A stretch of DNA of 64,000 bases from Cyanophyceae cyanobacterium. GTDB lineage: Bacteria > Cyanobacteriota > Cyanobacteriia > Cyanobacteriales > Laspinemataceae. Numbering within the stretch: position 1 is the stretch's first letter; each line of letters opens with the position of its first letter. The notes beneath the pieces were generated by a model. The model searched no databases and had not been told where the DNA came from. It was given only the letters and a program-made list of their open reading frames with translations. Of this stretch, positions 29,220-40,371 are shown piece by piece. The stretch spans positions 97,976-161,975 of the forward strand of contig JBBQFN010000009.1 of the NCBI GenBank assembly GCA_038321985.1, written 5' to 3'. Made by a program: the position numbers and the translations under genes.

Positions 29220-30158
29220 GTGGATAGCACAATGGTATCGGAAATCGAGGAGTTAAATTTGAATCGAGTGGTGCCCCCGGCTTTAAAGCCTGGGGATTTG
29301 TTGCGGGCGATCGCCCCCAGTGGGAGTCTGCGAGAGCAAGCGGTATTTGAGAAGGGGTTAGATATCTGGCGATCGCGCGGATATCGGGTGGAACTCGCTG
29401 CCGGTTATGACAACTCCTGGGGATATTTAGCCGGGACCGATGGCGATCGGCGTCAACAACTCACAAGCGCATGGCAGGACCCAGACTGTCGCGGTATCCT
29501 CTGCATCCGAGGTGGATATGGCGGGGCGCGGATTCTAGAAGATTGGACCTGGACCCCCCAAGTAACCCCTCCCAAATGGTTAATCGGGTTTTCTGACATT
29601 ACCAGCTTGTTATGGAGTTTGTGTAAAATCGGAGTAGTCGGAATGCATGGTCCCGTACTCACCACGATCGCCGCAGAACCGGAGTGGACGACTGCCCGGT
29701 TATTTGATCTCGTCGAAGGACGTCCAGTCGCCCCTCTCCAAGGCATAGGATGGGGAAATGGCACCGCCACCGGCTATTTACTCCCCGCCAATCTTACCGT
29801 TGCCACCCACCTACTAGGCACCTCAGCGCAACCGTTATTAGACGGAGCAATTTTAGCTTTTGAAGATGTAGGAGAAGCCCCCTATCGCATTGATCGAATG
29901 CTGACTCAATGGCGGATGATGGGTGCCTTAACCGGAGTGAAGGGAATTGCATTAGGGAGATTTAGCCAATGCGATACTTTAGCGCATAAGACCAGTTTTA
30001 CCGTTGCCGAAGTCTTGCGCGATCGCCTTGCCGATTTAGGCATTCCCATTGTTTCAGAGTTACCCTTCGGACATGATGGAGAAAATGCCGCCTTGCCAGT
30101 TGGAGTAACGGTTGAATTAGATGGAAATAAAGGGAGTTTAAGTATTTTGGCAGGTTAA
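29220..30158 (+). CDS. LD-carboxypeptidase (peptidase S66)
   Basis: APSG, RGGYG, GFSDIT, FEDVGE..YRIDRML, FGH. Confidence 0.95.
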   Translation: MDSTMVSEIEELNLNRVVPPALKPGDLLRAIAPSGSLREQAVFEKGLDIWRSRGYRVELAAGYDNSWGYLAGTDGDRRQQLTSAWQDPDCRGILCIRGGYGGARILEDWTWTPQVTPPKWLIGFSDITSLLWSLCKIGVVGMHGPVLTTIAAEPEWTTARLFDLVEGRPVAPLQGIGWGNGTATGYLLPANLTVATHLLGTSAQPLLDGAILAFEDVGEAPYRIDRMLTQWRMMGALTGVKGIALGRFSQCDTLAHKTSFTVAEVLRDRLADLGIPIVSELPFGHDGENAALPVGVTVELDGNKGSLSILAG

Positions 30159-30273
30159 ACCCTGTGGAGATAGGAACACCAACTGGACTCGAAAAAACCG
30201 AGTGGTGTTGTTAAGGGAGTTGGGGGAATTTCTTCAGAAAATGAAGTTTTGTATCCTATGTAGACTTACTCTA

Positions 30274-30406
30274 TATAGCGCGTCTAAATTATTCTGACAA
30301 TAGGATGCCGCAGGAGTGGGAGTGTCTGATCTGTCTTACTGCACTAGGGCGAGAGACGCTCCCACTCCTGGATGAGGAATTTTCCAAGTCATGGAGACTT
30401 ACTATA
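30274..30406. mobile_element. MITE/REP-like element, copy A
   Basis: Imperfect terminal IR tatagcgcgtctaaat / atggagacttactata; internal hairpin caggagtgggagtgtct...agacgctcccactcctg; related copies at 30526-30622 and 62690-62817. Confidence 0.65.
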
Positions 30407-30525
30407 TACTAAGACTACAGTTGCTCCAGGCTGGTGAGGTAAAGTCTTGTTTTGGAGCCGATGTTTGGCGTAGGAATGACCGAGTATTTGATAGGTACTT
30501 CATTCTTGGGGAAGACCTTTATATA

Positions 30526-30622
30526 TATAGCAAGTCTTCCAGCAGTTTGGTAATTGGGACAGGAGTGGGAACGCCTAATTCCGTAAGACAACTATTTGTC
30601 AATTTCATTTAGACTCGTTATA
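30526..30622. mobile_element. MITE/REP-like element, internally deleted copy B
   Basis: tatagcaagtct...caggagtggga...catttagactcgttata: same ends, only one hairpin arm. Confidence 0.5.
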
Positions 30623-30654
30623 TCGGATTAACGCATTCTACTCAAAGACAAGCT

Positions 30655-33600
30655 ATGCCCTTTTTGCTCTCGGAATCCACAAGCCCCTTCGATCCACTCT
30701 GGGAAAACACCTCCCCCAGGGAAATTCTGTTTACTGACCCCACCGTAACTGGATATGAAACCCTCATTGCCAGTACCCCCGCTGAATTACAAGTGGTGGT
30801 GTTAGACCCCAACCGGGATGCCATTACCCAAATTAGTGAGATTCTCTCCCAGCAAAAACAACCCCTTGACGGTCTTCATATTCTTTCCCACGCCCAATCC
30901 GGGATGTTACACCTCGGTAGCAGCTTCTTAAGCGCCGAAGCTCTCCCAGAAGCGGATATCTCCCAATGGGCAAAGTCCCTTACCCCTAATGCGGATATCC
31001 TGCTCTACGGGTGTAATCTCGCCGCTGACTTTGGAGTATTCGTCGATCGCCTCGCTGCCATCACAGGGGCTGATGTTGCCGCCAGTGATAACCTGACAGG
31101 TAGCGCCGCTTTGGGGGGAGACTGGGAACTGGAAGCGCATACAGGTCCGATTGAAGTGCAAATCCCCTTTTCTGCGGAGGCGATCGCCGCTTATCAGAAT
31201 GTCCTCGCCCCCACCGACCTTTTTATCTCTGAATATGTCGAAGGCAGTAGCAACAACAAAGCTCTAGAATTCTACAACGGCACTGGAAGCGCGATCGACC
31301 TGGAGGCCGGGGGCTATTCTGTCGAAATGTATTTTAACGGGAATACAACGCCTCTTAGGATCATCAATCTCACCGGCACTATCGCTCATGGTAGCACCTT
31401 TGTTCTGGCCCACAACATGGCAAACCTTCCCATTGTGCCAAACCAAACCAATAACCAACCCTGGTATGACGGCAACGATGCCATAGTCTTGCGGAAAAAT
31501 GGCATAATTCTTGACGCGATCGGACAAGTTGGTTTTGACCCTGGTACAGCCTGGACTGGGGGAGGGGTGAGTACCCTAGATAGAACCCTGCGCCGGAAAA
31601 TCACCATCACCACTGGAGATACCAACCCTAACAATACCTTCAACCCCAGCGTAGAGTGGAGTGGATTTCCTCAAAATACTTTTAGCGGATTAGGTCGTCA
31701 TAACGACGCCCCCCAAGTCACCCTTTCTATCGGTAACCTCAACTATACCGAAAATGACAGTTTTGCAATTCTTGACCCCAGCGCCACTGCCTCAGATCCT
31801 GACTCAACTAACTTTAACGGTGGCACCCTGACGATTAACTTTACCTCGGGTGCCACGAGCGATGATATTTTGATGATTAGAAATCAAGGCTTAGCTGCAG
31901 GACAAATTGCTGCGGGTATTGATTCTCCAGGACTCAACCTCCTTGCTTACAGTGGCATACCGTTTGCCACCTTCACGGGCGGGACTCAAGGCACCCCTCT
32001 CACTATTAAATTCACTACGAATATTGCTACAAATACCGCCGTTAGTGCCTTGATGCGGAACATCATTTATGGCAATATTTCGGAAAATCCCTCAGCGGGC
32101 GATCGCACCGTCCAATTTCAACTCACTGACCCTCTGGGTCTAGCCAGTAGTCCCGCTAGTAAAACTATAGCTTTTACCACTGCGAACGATGCCCCCATTA
32201 TTGCCGTTCCCGGTGCATCATTCGCCCTTTACGATGGCACTAATACCCCCAATACTCAAGATTTTGAGTACCGCACTTTACCCTATCTTCCTATCGCCAC
32301 CACCCAAAACGGTATCAATTTAAACACCAGCGGAACGGCTAACGATTACGCAGGTTATATTGCCAGACCTGACCGGATTCCCCTCCTAGACAGAAATACC
32401 GGCTACACCATCGACTTTACGGCCCAAATTCTGGCGGAAAACCATAATAATAATAATAATCCCAGCCCCGACAAAAATGGAGATGGCATTGCCGATCGCG
32501 CTGGTTTCAGCCTGATCGCCATCAGCAGCGACGGCCAAAAAGGGATAGAAATCGGGTTTTGGGAAGATAGAATCTGGGTCCAGGAAGAAGGTGCTGCCGA
32601 ACCTCCTGTCCCACCTAACCCGCAACATCCTATCGATAGTTATACTCTATTCACCCACAAGTTTAACCAACCCGAAAGTGTTGCTTTTGATACCACAACC
32701 AATTCGGTTTATCAGTTAAAAGTTTTGGGCAATACCTATCAACTCCTCGCCAATGGTAACCCGGTGATCAGTGGCAACCTGCGGGACTACACCAGCGCTA
32801 TTCTCCCAAGTTTTCTACCGGAAAATCCCTACACTACACCTAACTTTATCTTTTTTGGGGACAATACTCCCAGTGCCAGCGCTAACTTTAATCTATCTGC
32901 CGTTTCTGTAACAACTGGCAGTAGTTTACCGCTTTTATCCGTAGAGGAAGATACACCCTTAGTGATTCCGGGGATTAGCGTCGCCGATGCAGATGCAGGA
33001 ACTAATCCGATCACCGTCACCCTAGCGGTTAATCAGGGCACTCTCACAGTCAATTCGGGAGTAACTGGGGGTTTAGCAGCGGGAAATATCACCGCTAATG
33101 GCACAAATAGCGTGACCCTCACCGGGACAATCAGCCAAATTAATCAAGTTCTGGCAGATGCAGCCGGTTTGCTCTATCAAGGTTTACCCGATTTTAACGG
33201 CAGTGATATTCTCACAATTGTTGCCAATGATGGCGGCAACAGCGGTAGTGGTGGGGCGCTAATAGATACTCAAGCGGTCAATATTACTGTAAATCCGGTC
33301 AATGATGCCCCAGTTTTAACCCCATCGGGCAGCAGTTTACCACCTTTATCCGTGGATGAAGATACACCATTGGTGATTCCGGGAATTAGCGTCGCCGATG
33401 CAGATGCAGGAACTAATCCGATCACCGTCACCCTAGCGGTTAATCAGGGCACTCTCACAGTCAATTCGGGAGTAACTGGGGGTTTAGCAGCGGGAAGTAT
33501 CACCGCTAATGGCACAAATAGCGTGACCCTCACCGGGACAATCAGCCAAATTAATCAGGTTCTGGCAGATGCAGCCGGTGTGATCTATCAAGGTTTACCC

Positions 33601-36582
33601 GATTTTAACGGCAGTGATATTCTCACGATTGTTGCTAATGATGGCGGCAACAGCGGTAGTGGTGGGGCGCTAATAGATACTCAAGCGGTCAATATTACTG
33701 TAAATCCGGTCAACGATGCCCCAGTTTTAACCCCATCGGGTAGTAGTTTACCACCTTTATCCGTGGATGAAGATACACCATTGGTGATTCCGGGAATTAG
33801 CGTCGCCGATGCAGATGCAGGAACTAATCAGATCATCGTCACCCTAGCGGTTAATCAGGGCACTCTCACAGTCAATTCGGGAGTAAGTGGGGGTTTAGCA
33901 GTGGGAAGTATCACCGCTAATGGTACCAATAGCGTGACCCTCACCGGGACAATCAGCCAAATTAATCAGGTTCTGGCAGATGCAGCCGGTTTGCGCTATC
34001 AAGGTTTACCCGATTTTAACGGCAGTGATATTCTCACGATTGCTGCTAATGATGGCGGCAACAGCGGTAGTGGTGGGGCGCTAATAGATACTCAAGCGGT
34101 CAATATTACTGTAAATCCGGTCAACGATGCCCCAGTTTTGACCCTACCGACTAACCCAGTGGTTGATCAAAGCGTAAATTTATCGATTCCAGGAATTAGC
34201 GTCGCTGATTTGGACGCCGGGACCCAACCCGTGCAAGTGACCTTATCTGCTAGCAATGGTTTCCTCACTTTAGATAATTTTCTAAATCTGACCTTTGTCA
34301 ACGGTGATGGGAGTGGCGATGCAGCAATGAGCTTTACCGGGACTCTAGGGGATATTAACAGTGCTTTGAATACCCTGATTTATCAAAGTGGTGCGAATTA
34401 CTTTGGGGCGGATACGATTAATATTACGGTGAATGATTTGGGAAATACGGGGACAGGAAACTCCCTAGAAGTATCTGAAATTATCTCACTTACCGTCAAC
34501 CCGAAAGGGGAACTTACCCTCACCGAACATTCCGCCACTCAAATATTAGACCAGTTTCCTCCTGCCTCTAGTTCTGTCCCTGATGACACGGTTTTGTATC
34601 GGTTCCGTCTGAGTGCAGTTAATCAACCGATTATCACCAATACTCTAACTTTTGGAGTCACTACTACTGGGATTGGGAATACCAATGTTAGCAATTTGCA
34701 GCTCATTAACGATGTTAATAATAACGGCATTTATGACATAGGAGACTTGCCGGTTGGAACGATGGAAATGCCCCTGGATATTACGGATGGGGTACGGGTT
34801 AGCACCTTTACTGTGCCAGTAGGAGATAACAATTATTTGCTCATCGGAGGTTTGAACGGGTTGCAAGAGGGTTCTACTGTCTCTGTTGCTCTGAACAGTA
34901 GCAATATTGTCGCGGCGAATGGTAATTCTATCCCTATCTCTACTAATGGGACGGTTAGCGTGGCAGCGCATATCGTGGAGGCGATCGTTATAGAACCAAT
35001 TCCACCGGCAGATAATTCCGGGATAATTCCACCGGCAGATAATTCCGGGATAATTCCACCAGCCGATAATTCCGGGATAATTCCACCAGCCGATAATTCC
35101 GCACCAATTCTACCAGCCGACAATTCCGCACCAATTCCACCAGCAGATAATTCCGGGATAATTCCACCGGCAGATAATTCCGCACCAATTCTACCCGCAG
35201 ACAATTCCGGGACAATTCTACCAGCCGACAATTCCGCACCAATTCTACCAGCCGACAATTCCGGGACAATTCCACCGGTAGATAATTCCGAACCAATTCC
35301 ACCAGCAGATAATTCCGGGATAATTCCACCAGCAGATAATTCCGAACCAATTCCACCAGCAGATAATTCCGGGACAATTCCTCCTGTGATGGTTGGGGGA
35401 GGTGAAAGTAACGGATTACTGCCTTTGGAAACCGACACAGTTGGGGAAAGCAGGAAACCTTGCTGCGAGATGAATCTTCCCGAGTCACCCAACTTCTTGA
35501 CAGTAGGGGGGTATAACCAAACGGAGACGATGGTGATTGGCAGCGAGGAGGGGGATCTATTACTTGGGGGTCATGGAGATGATGCTTTATTTGGTAGCGG
35601 TGGCGATGATCAATTGTATGGCGAAAATGGAGATGATCATCTGTATGGAGCGGATGGCAATGATAAGATACGCGGGGGGATAGGAAGCGAAGCGGAAAAT
35701 ACCCCGGGAGATACCGATCGCCTAGAAGGTGGCACAGGCAGTGACGAACTCCACGGTAACCAAGGGGACGATACTATCTTTGCCGGTCAAGGGGATGATA
35801 CCGTATATGGTGGCAAAGATGAGGATTTAATCTGGGGCGATCGCGGTAGTGATATCCTTTACGGAAATAAAGGTAGTGATACCATCTTTGGCGGTAGCTG
35901 GACTGAATCGGCATTGCCAACCGATGGCGGGGATATCCTCTATGGCAATGAAGGGGATGATTACCTCAGCGGCAATGAAGGTAATGATACAATCTACAGC
36001 GGCCAGGATAATGATATCGCCTGGGGAGGAGCAGATCACGATCTCATGTATGGCGATCGCGGGAGTGATACCCTCATCGGCGATGCAGGGGATGATACCA
36101 TCTACGGAGGTCCCTCTGACCCCTCCCTTGCGGATCAAGATGGAGACGACTACATCAGTGGCGGATCGGGAAATGACTTCATCAATGGCAACCAGGGTGC
36201 AGATATAATCTGTGCGGGTGAGGGAGACGACACTATTCACGGTGGAAAGGGGAATGATTTTTTAGCCGGAGATAGCGGCAATGATATCCTGATTGGCGAT
36301 CAGGGTGATGATATCCTCTGTGGTGGGGATGGAGATGACACCCTAATCGGAGGCAGCGGCAGCGATCGCTTTATACTTGGCAATGGACAAGGGACTAAGG
36401 CGATCGCCGACTTTGAATCCGGCATTGATCAACTCACTTTGGCGGATAATTTAACTTGGGCTCAACTCTCCATCCAGTCCCAAGGGGGAGTCACCACTAT
36501 CAGCAGTGGCGGTAAAGTGATTGCTATCCTCCAAGGTGTCACCCATCTAACCGCCCAAGATTTGAGGCTAACTGGAGTGTAA
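30655..36582 (+). CDS. Giant surface/adhesin protein: DUF4347 + lamin-tail domain + cadherin-like repeats + RTX Ca-binding repeats
   Basis: ILLYGC..A...GADVAAS..LTG..LGGDWELE; FISEYVEGSSNNKALE.YN; VNDAP-terminated repeats; many GGxGxD nonapeptides; no N-terminal signal peptide. Confidence 0.92.
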   Translation: MPFLLSESTSPFDPLWENTSPREILFTDPTVTGYETLIASTPAELQVVVLDPNRDAITQISEILSQQKQPLDGLHILSHAQSGMLHLGSSFLSAEALPEADISQWAKSLTPNADILLYGCNLAADFGVFVDRLAAITGADVAASDNLTGSAALGGDWELEAHTGPIEVQIPFSAEAIAAYQNVLAPTDLFISEYVEGSSNNKALEFYNGTGSAIDLEAGGYSVEMYFNGNTTPLRIINLTGTIAHGSTFVLAHNMANLPIVPNQTNNQPWYDGNDAIVLRKNGIILDAIGQVGFDPGTAWTGGGVSTLDRTLRRKITITTGDTNPNNTFNPSVEWSGFPQNTFSGLGRHNDAPQVTLSIGNLNYTENDSFAILDPSATASDPDSTNFNGGTLTINFTSGATSDDILMIRNQGLAAGQIAAGIDSPGLNLLAYSGIPFATFTGGTQGTPLTIKFTTNIATNTAVSALMRNIIYGNISENPSAGDRTVQFQLTDPLGLASSPASKTIAFTTANDAPIIAVPGASFALYDGTNTPNTQDFEYRTLPYLPIATTQNGINLNTSGTANDYAGYIARPDRIPLLDRNTGYTIDFTAQILAENHNNNNNPSPDKNGDGIADRAGFSLIAISSDGQKGIEIGFWEDRIWVQEEGAAEPPVPPNPQHPIDSYTLFTHKFNQPESVAFDTTTNSVYQLKVLGNTYQLLANGNPVISGNLRDYTSAILPSFLPENPYTTPNFIFFGDNTPSASANFNLSAVSVTTGSSLPLLSVEEDTPLVIPGISVADADAGTNPITVTLAVNQGTLTVNSGVTGGLAAGNITANGTNSVTLTGTISQINQVLADAAGLLYQGLPDFNGSDILTIVANDGGNSGSGGALIDTQAVNITVNPVNDAPVLTPSGSSLPPLSVDEDTPLVIPGISVADADAGTNPITVTLAVNQGTLTVNSGVTGGLAAGSITANGTNSVTLTGTISQINQVLADAAGVIYQGLPDFNGSDILTIVANDGGNSGSGGALIDTQAVNITVNPVNDAPVLTPSGSSLPPLSVDEDTPLVIPGISVADADAGTNQIIVTLAVNQGTLTVNSGVSGGLAVGSITANGTNSVTLTGTISQINQVLADAAGLRYQGLPDFNGSDILTIAANDGGNSGSGGALIDTQAVNITVNPVNDAPVLTLPTNPVVDQSVNLSIPGISVADLDAGTQPVQVTLSASNGFLTLDNFLNLTFVNGDGSGDAAMSFTGTLGDINSALNTLIYQSGANYFGADTINITVNDLGNTGTGNSLEVSEIISLTVNPKGELTLTEHSATQILDQFPPASSSVPDDTVLYRFRLSAVNQPIITNTLTFGVTTTGIGNTNVSNLQLINDVNNNGIYDIGDLPVGTMEMPLDITDGVRVSTFTVPVGDNNYLLIGGLNGLQEGSTVSVALNSSNIVAANGNSIPISTNGTVSVAAHIVEAIVIEPIPPADNSGIIPPADNSGIIPPADNSGIIPPADNSAPILPADNSAPIPPADNSGIIPPADNSAPILPADNSGTILPADNSAPILPADNSGTIPPVDNSEPIPPADNSGIIPPADNSEPIPPADNSGTIPPVMVGGGESNGLLPLETDTVGESRKPCCEMNLPESPNFLTVGGYNQTETMVIGSEEGDLLLGGHGDDALFGSGGDDQLYGENGDDHLYGADGNDKIRGGIGSEAENTPGDTDRLEGGTGSDELHGNQGDDTIFAGQGDDTVYGGKDEDLIWGDRGSDILYGNKGSDTIFGGSWTESALPTDGGDILYGNEGDDYLSGNEGNDTIYSGQDNDIAWGGADHDLMYGDRGSDTLIGDAGDDTIYGGPSDPSLADQDGDDYISGGSGNDFINGNQGADIICAGEGDDTIHGGKGNDFLAGDSGNDILIGDQGDDILCGGDGDDTLIGGSGSDRFILGNGQGTKAIADFESGIDQLTLADNLTWAQLSIQSQGGVTTISSGGKVIAILQGVTHLTAQDLRLTGV
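32923..34143 (+). repeat. Three near-identical 411-bp (137-aa) tandem domain repeats
   Basis: Units begin agtttacc at 32923, 33334 and 33745; a diverged fourth unit follows. Confidence 0.9.
34999..35385 (+). repeat. 27-bp coding minisatellite, 14 full units of I(P/L)P(A/V)DNS(G/A/E)(I/P/T)
   Basis: attccaccggcagataattccgggata-like unit repeated head to tail in frame. Confidence 0.95.
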
Positions 36583-36681
36583 GGTATTGATACCGTAGGC
36601 GATAACAGGAACAAAAAGCCGGTTGCTACAGCTAATCGGCGATCGCCTGGGGTTTTTTTACTGTCCAGTAATTAACGTTGC

Positions 36682-36714
36682 GTTAAAATAACGCTTAGTT
36701 AACGTTATTTTAAC
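36682..36714. terminator. AT-rich inverted repeat between convergent genes
   Basis: gttaaaataacg-N9-cgttattttaac. Confidence 0.45.
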
Positions 36715-36741
36715 AGTTATTCACCTATCGAGTGCTAGTGG

Positions 36742-38769
36742 CTAATATTTCTCCCGCCGACCCAAAAGCCAATAGGTCATCATTTCTCCTCTTCCCTTAA
36801 CCTCGATCGTACCCCGTGGCTCTAGTAAGTATTTATTCTGTAATTTTAGATAAGTCGCATCGGTGACTTGTATGTATCCCGGTTTGCCGTGGGATTCCAT
36901 CCTTGAGGCGACATTCACCGCATCACCCCAGAGGTCATAGATAAATTTCTTAATCCCAATTACTCCGGCAATTACAGGGCCGGTATTAATCCCAATCCGA
37001 ATTTGTAAAGATTCCCCAAAAATATTCTCCACGTCTTGCATATAGGCGTGCATATCTAACGCCATGTTGGCGATCGCTTCGCAATGATCCGGACGAGAAA
37101 CGGGTAAACCACCAACTACCATGTAGGCATCCCCAATGGTTTTAATTTTCTCTAAGCCATGCTTTTCAGTGAGTTGATCGAAGGCAGAGAAAATTTGGTT
37201 CAAACCGGCTACCAATTGCATCGGCTCTATCCGGGCCGAGATAGTCGTAAAACCTACGATATCCGCAAACAAAATCGTGGCTTCTTCAAAATGTTCAGCA
37301 GGGGATTCATTCGTCCGCATGAGGCGATCGGCAATTTCCGCAGGTAAGATATTCAAAAGTAATTGCTCTGACTTTTCTTTTTCTTGGCGCAGTTCTCCAG
37401 TTCTTTGCTCCACTCTAGCTTCCAGCTCTTCATTTGCCAAATGGATCGTATCTAGGGAATCCTTCAGTTGTCTGGTCATGCCGTTAAAAACGTTGGCTAA
37501 TTTGCCAAGTTCAACGATGGAACTAACCTCCACTTGCTGATTGAGATCGCCCCCAGCGATCGCTTCGGAAGCCGTGGTGATCCGCTCCACAGGATGGATA
37601 ATTCGACGAGCGGTCAGGATACCCAACAAAATTGCCAAAATCAAAGTTGCTAAACAGAGCAGGATTGTAGTCTGAGTATTGGCATTAATTTGATTCATAA
37701 AGTCTGCTTCTGGAATAGTCACCACCACTAACCAATCAATACCTTTACTATCTCGAAAAGGATCGACTTGGGCAAAATAATTTTTACCCTCGACGGTAAA
37801 TTTCAGTTGATAAGATGCTTGAATATTTTGAAAATCATCAAACTGCTCTAGCAAAGCTTGACTCGCTGTTTGAGTGAGGGCATTGCTACTATTGAGAACG
37901 TTGAGTCGTTCAATTCGTTGTTCTGGCAGTTGAACAACCTTGTCGGGGTAATATTGAAAGGGCTTTTCCCCTGTAGAGGTGGCAATCATTTCTCCAGAAC
38001 GTTCCAGAATAAAACTTTGCCCAGTTTTACCGATTTTGAGTTCGCTTAAAAAATCCCCAAACATTACCAGATTTAAGCTGGTCATCCACACTCCTTGGAG
38101 ATCTCCAGTCTGGGTATATAGGGGCTTGCTCGCCGCAATGTAGAGGTATTTACCTGTGATGTGAGGATACAGTTTTGCCCAAACCGCTTGCTTTTCCTGG
38201 ACTGGAATTTTATAGTAGGGGCGTTGGCGGGGATCAAAATTAGGTTGCCCGGCGTTGATAATTTCTAGGCGTTCCCCCTCTGGACTGGCGGTATAGGTCA
38301 TCAAAGTGTGGTTATTTTCTACCTCCGAAGTCCGGATGACGATCTGGCCATCATCCTGCCGTTCACCAGCAAAAAACTCCTGATTGGGGGTAACAAAAGC
38401 TGCGGCAGCAACAAGGGGAAAGGCGGGGAGTTGTCCCCATAGAAACTTCTCTACGTCTCTGCCATTATTAAGATCGATGCGGTTTTGGCTCAGGGCTGCA
38501 TCATAGTTTTCAAAGGATTGAAAAGGAATAGCAACCAGATAATTTAGATTTTGTTTGATGCGATCGCTAATATCATTCCGCAACTGAGTAGCTACATCAT
38601 TTACTGCTTTTTGACCGTTTCTATAGGAAAGATACCCAACAACAGCCACTGCTCCAACTGTTTGGAAAACAAATGGAACAATTAGCATTATTTGTAGGGG
38701 AATTTTTTTGAAAAATCCAGGTGATAAGGGTATCCTTGATTTACCAAGCATAGTGACTTCTCCGGACAT
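36742..38769 (-). CDS. Membrane class III adenylate cyclase (Cache sensor + HAMP + cyclase)
   Basis: 2 TMs, FDPRQRPYY Cache motif, HAMP, ILFADIVGF, EKIKTIGDAYM, YDLWGDAVNVASRME (Lys/Asp pair indicates ATP specificity). Confidence 0.93.
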   Translation of the reverse strand: MSGEVTMLGKSRIPLSPGFFKKIPLQIMLIVPFVFQTVGAVAVVGYLSYRNGQKAVNDVATQLRNDISDRIKQNLNYLVAIPFQSFENYDAALSQNRIDLNNGRDVEKFLWGQLPAFPLVAAAAFVTPNQEFFAGERQDDGQIVIRTSEVENNHTLMTYTASPEGERLEIINAGQPNFDPRQRPYYKIPVQEKQAVWAKLYPHITGKYLYIAASKPLYTQTGDLQGVWMTSLNLVMFGDFLSELKIGKTGQSFILERSGEMIATSTGEKPFQYYPDKVVQLPEQRIERLNVLNSSNALTQTASQALLEQFDDFQNIQASYQLKFTVEGKNYFAQVDPFRDSKGIDWLVVVTIPEADFMNQINANTQTTILLCLATLILAILLGILTARRIIHPVERITTASEAIAGGDLNQQVEVSSIVELGKLANVFNGMTRQLKDSLDTIHLANEELEARVEQRTGELRQEKEKSEQLLLNILPAEIADRLMRTNESPAEHFEEATILFADIVGFTTISARIEPMQLVAGLNQIFSAFDQLTEKHGLEKIKTIGDAYMVVGGLPVSRPDHCEAIANMALDMHAYMQDVENIFGESLQIRIGINTGPVIAGVIGIKKFIYDLWGDAVNVASRMESHGKPGYIQVTDATYLKLQNKYLLEPRGTIEVKGRGEMMTYWLLGRREKY

Positions 38770-39019
38770 TGATACCTAGCATAAGTTAATAGGAATTCAA
38801 TTTGTATTAATGAAACAGCCCTAGGGGGTTGGGAGTAATAGGGAAAAGGAATCCATTATTGAGAGGGTTCGGGAATTGTGTCACACTAATCCCCCAGACT
38901 GTCTCAGTCCACATTGAACTGAATGATATGAGCCTCTTGCACTTTTGCTTGCACAGTAGGTGCCAAAGGAGGTGCAGAAAAAGGGCTTTTTACTCGTTGC
39001 AATGGTAAGCTAGTCTGAC

Positions 39020-40011
39020 GTGATATTGACTAATGGCTCATCCACCAATTTCCATAACTGCTCTGCTAGTTGTAACTCGGGAGAATAAGGCTCCAGAGGT
39101 TCAATTTTTATTCTCGGAGGTAGACGAACTTCATGGCTTCTATGCTATCCGGCGTTATCGTTAATAATTAAAATTATTTTCTCTTCAACCGCTCCAACTT
39201 CTTTGGCAAAAGTCTCAAAAACTAAATTCAAGCCTTCAACATTAACTTAAGGGATTAAATAAGAGTGAGTGGCTCCAGTTTTTAAGTGGACCAACCCCTA
39301 AACGTACAACCATTCATATCTAGGATGAACAACCCCGCTAAAAGTCTTTCTTTGACGGGAGACCAGAGTCTAGCAAGAATGGCTTTCAACCCAAGGCGAT
39401 GTTCATCAAAAAACCAAACCTTTACTTCAGCATGGAGATTCTCTTTTTGAAGAACTTCAACTTTTTTAGGAAGATTTTTATTAAATTCTTTTAACTCAAT
39501 AGGACAACCTTTTTGATGTTTAGGTCGGAGCTTGTGCCATGAGTATTCTAACTTTTTTAAGTAGTCCCATCCTCTAGCATCATAGATTTTACTACGTCCG
39601 GTTTCTTGTTCCATCCATCGAGCGACTTTAGGTCCAGTCCAGTCTCCCCCATCTACAGGTTTCTTTTGTAAAGATTCTTTTAATTTATCTAGTTGTTGGG
39701 GATTTAATATAGATTCTTTACCTCCTTGATGATTTCTTGAAGTTTTATTGCGATGGTTTGTAACAGAATCTATGCCAATTTCATTATATTTTTTGATAAC
39801 TCGGCGGGCATAGTCATAATTTAGGCCGACAACTGATGCAGCATCCTTCACACGCCACCCCGAGGCGACTTTCCAGAGTAGATGCCAACGTCGTGATTCT
39901 ACGGGGTCATGAGACGAGCGGTATCGCGTTTTTAGATCCGAATGACTTAAATGAGGCTCTAATTCGACTTTTTTGGGCATGGCTATTTTTCCTCGATTTT
40001 TTCAGCCCTTA
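39020..40011 (-). mobile_element. Degenerate IS630-family element (transposase pseudogene)
   Basis: ORF 39282-39980 has an HTH and WFFDEHRLGLK; another frame continues RYEWLYV*G...DNAG*H...PYSPELQLAEQLW with several stops; boundaries approximate. Confidence 0.88.
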
Positions 40012-40371
40012 TAAAAGACCTATGACAACCGGATTCTGTATAACCTGGGTTCATCGGATAAATTCTACCATTAAATACCGGGAATTATTGATAAATATCC
40101 TTGCTTTCAGGTAAGAGCTAAAGGACATTGATGGTCCACTATCTCTTCTACACCTGTGGCCCGACTGTCAGAACAGGTGCCTCAAATCTATTAAAGGCCA
40201 AAATATTACAAAATATTAAATTTCCAGCCAAAAGTCCCAAAGAGTGATACATCAAATCGCCATAACTTCAAAAAGCCCCTTTCTGGAAGCCCCTACAAAA
40301 AAACAAAAATAATGGACGCAGAATGGTAAGCTGAACAATGGCATTTAAGTAAAATTTAAGGTGAAGTTTAA

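Noticed and set aside
29042..29230. 62-aa hydrophobic ORF
   Set aside because: Overlaps the start and promoter of the divergent S66 gene in AT-rich DNA; no supporting motif
34999..35385. 27-bp repeats as a CRISPR array
   Set aside because: Head-to-tail with no spacers, in frame within a CDS, and no cas genes
34833..35492. Long antisense repetitive ORFs (219 and 166 aa)
   Set aside because: Shadow frames of the stop-free minisatellite
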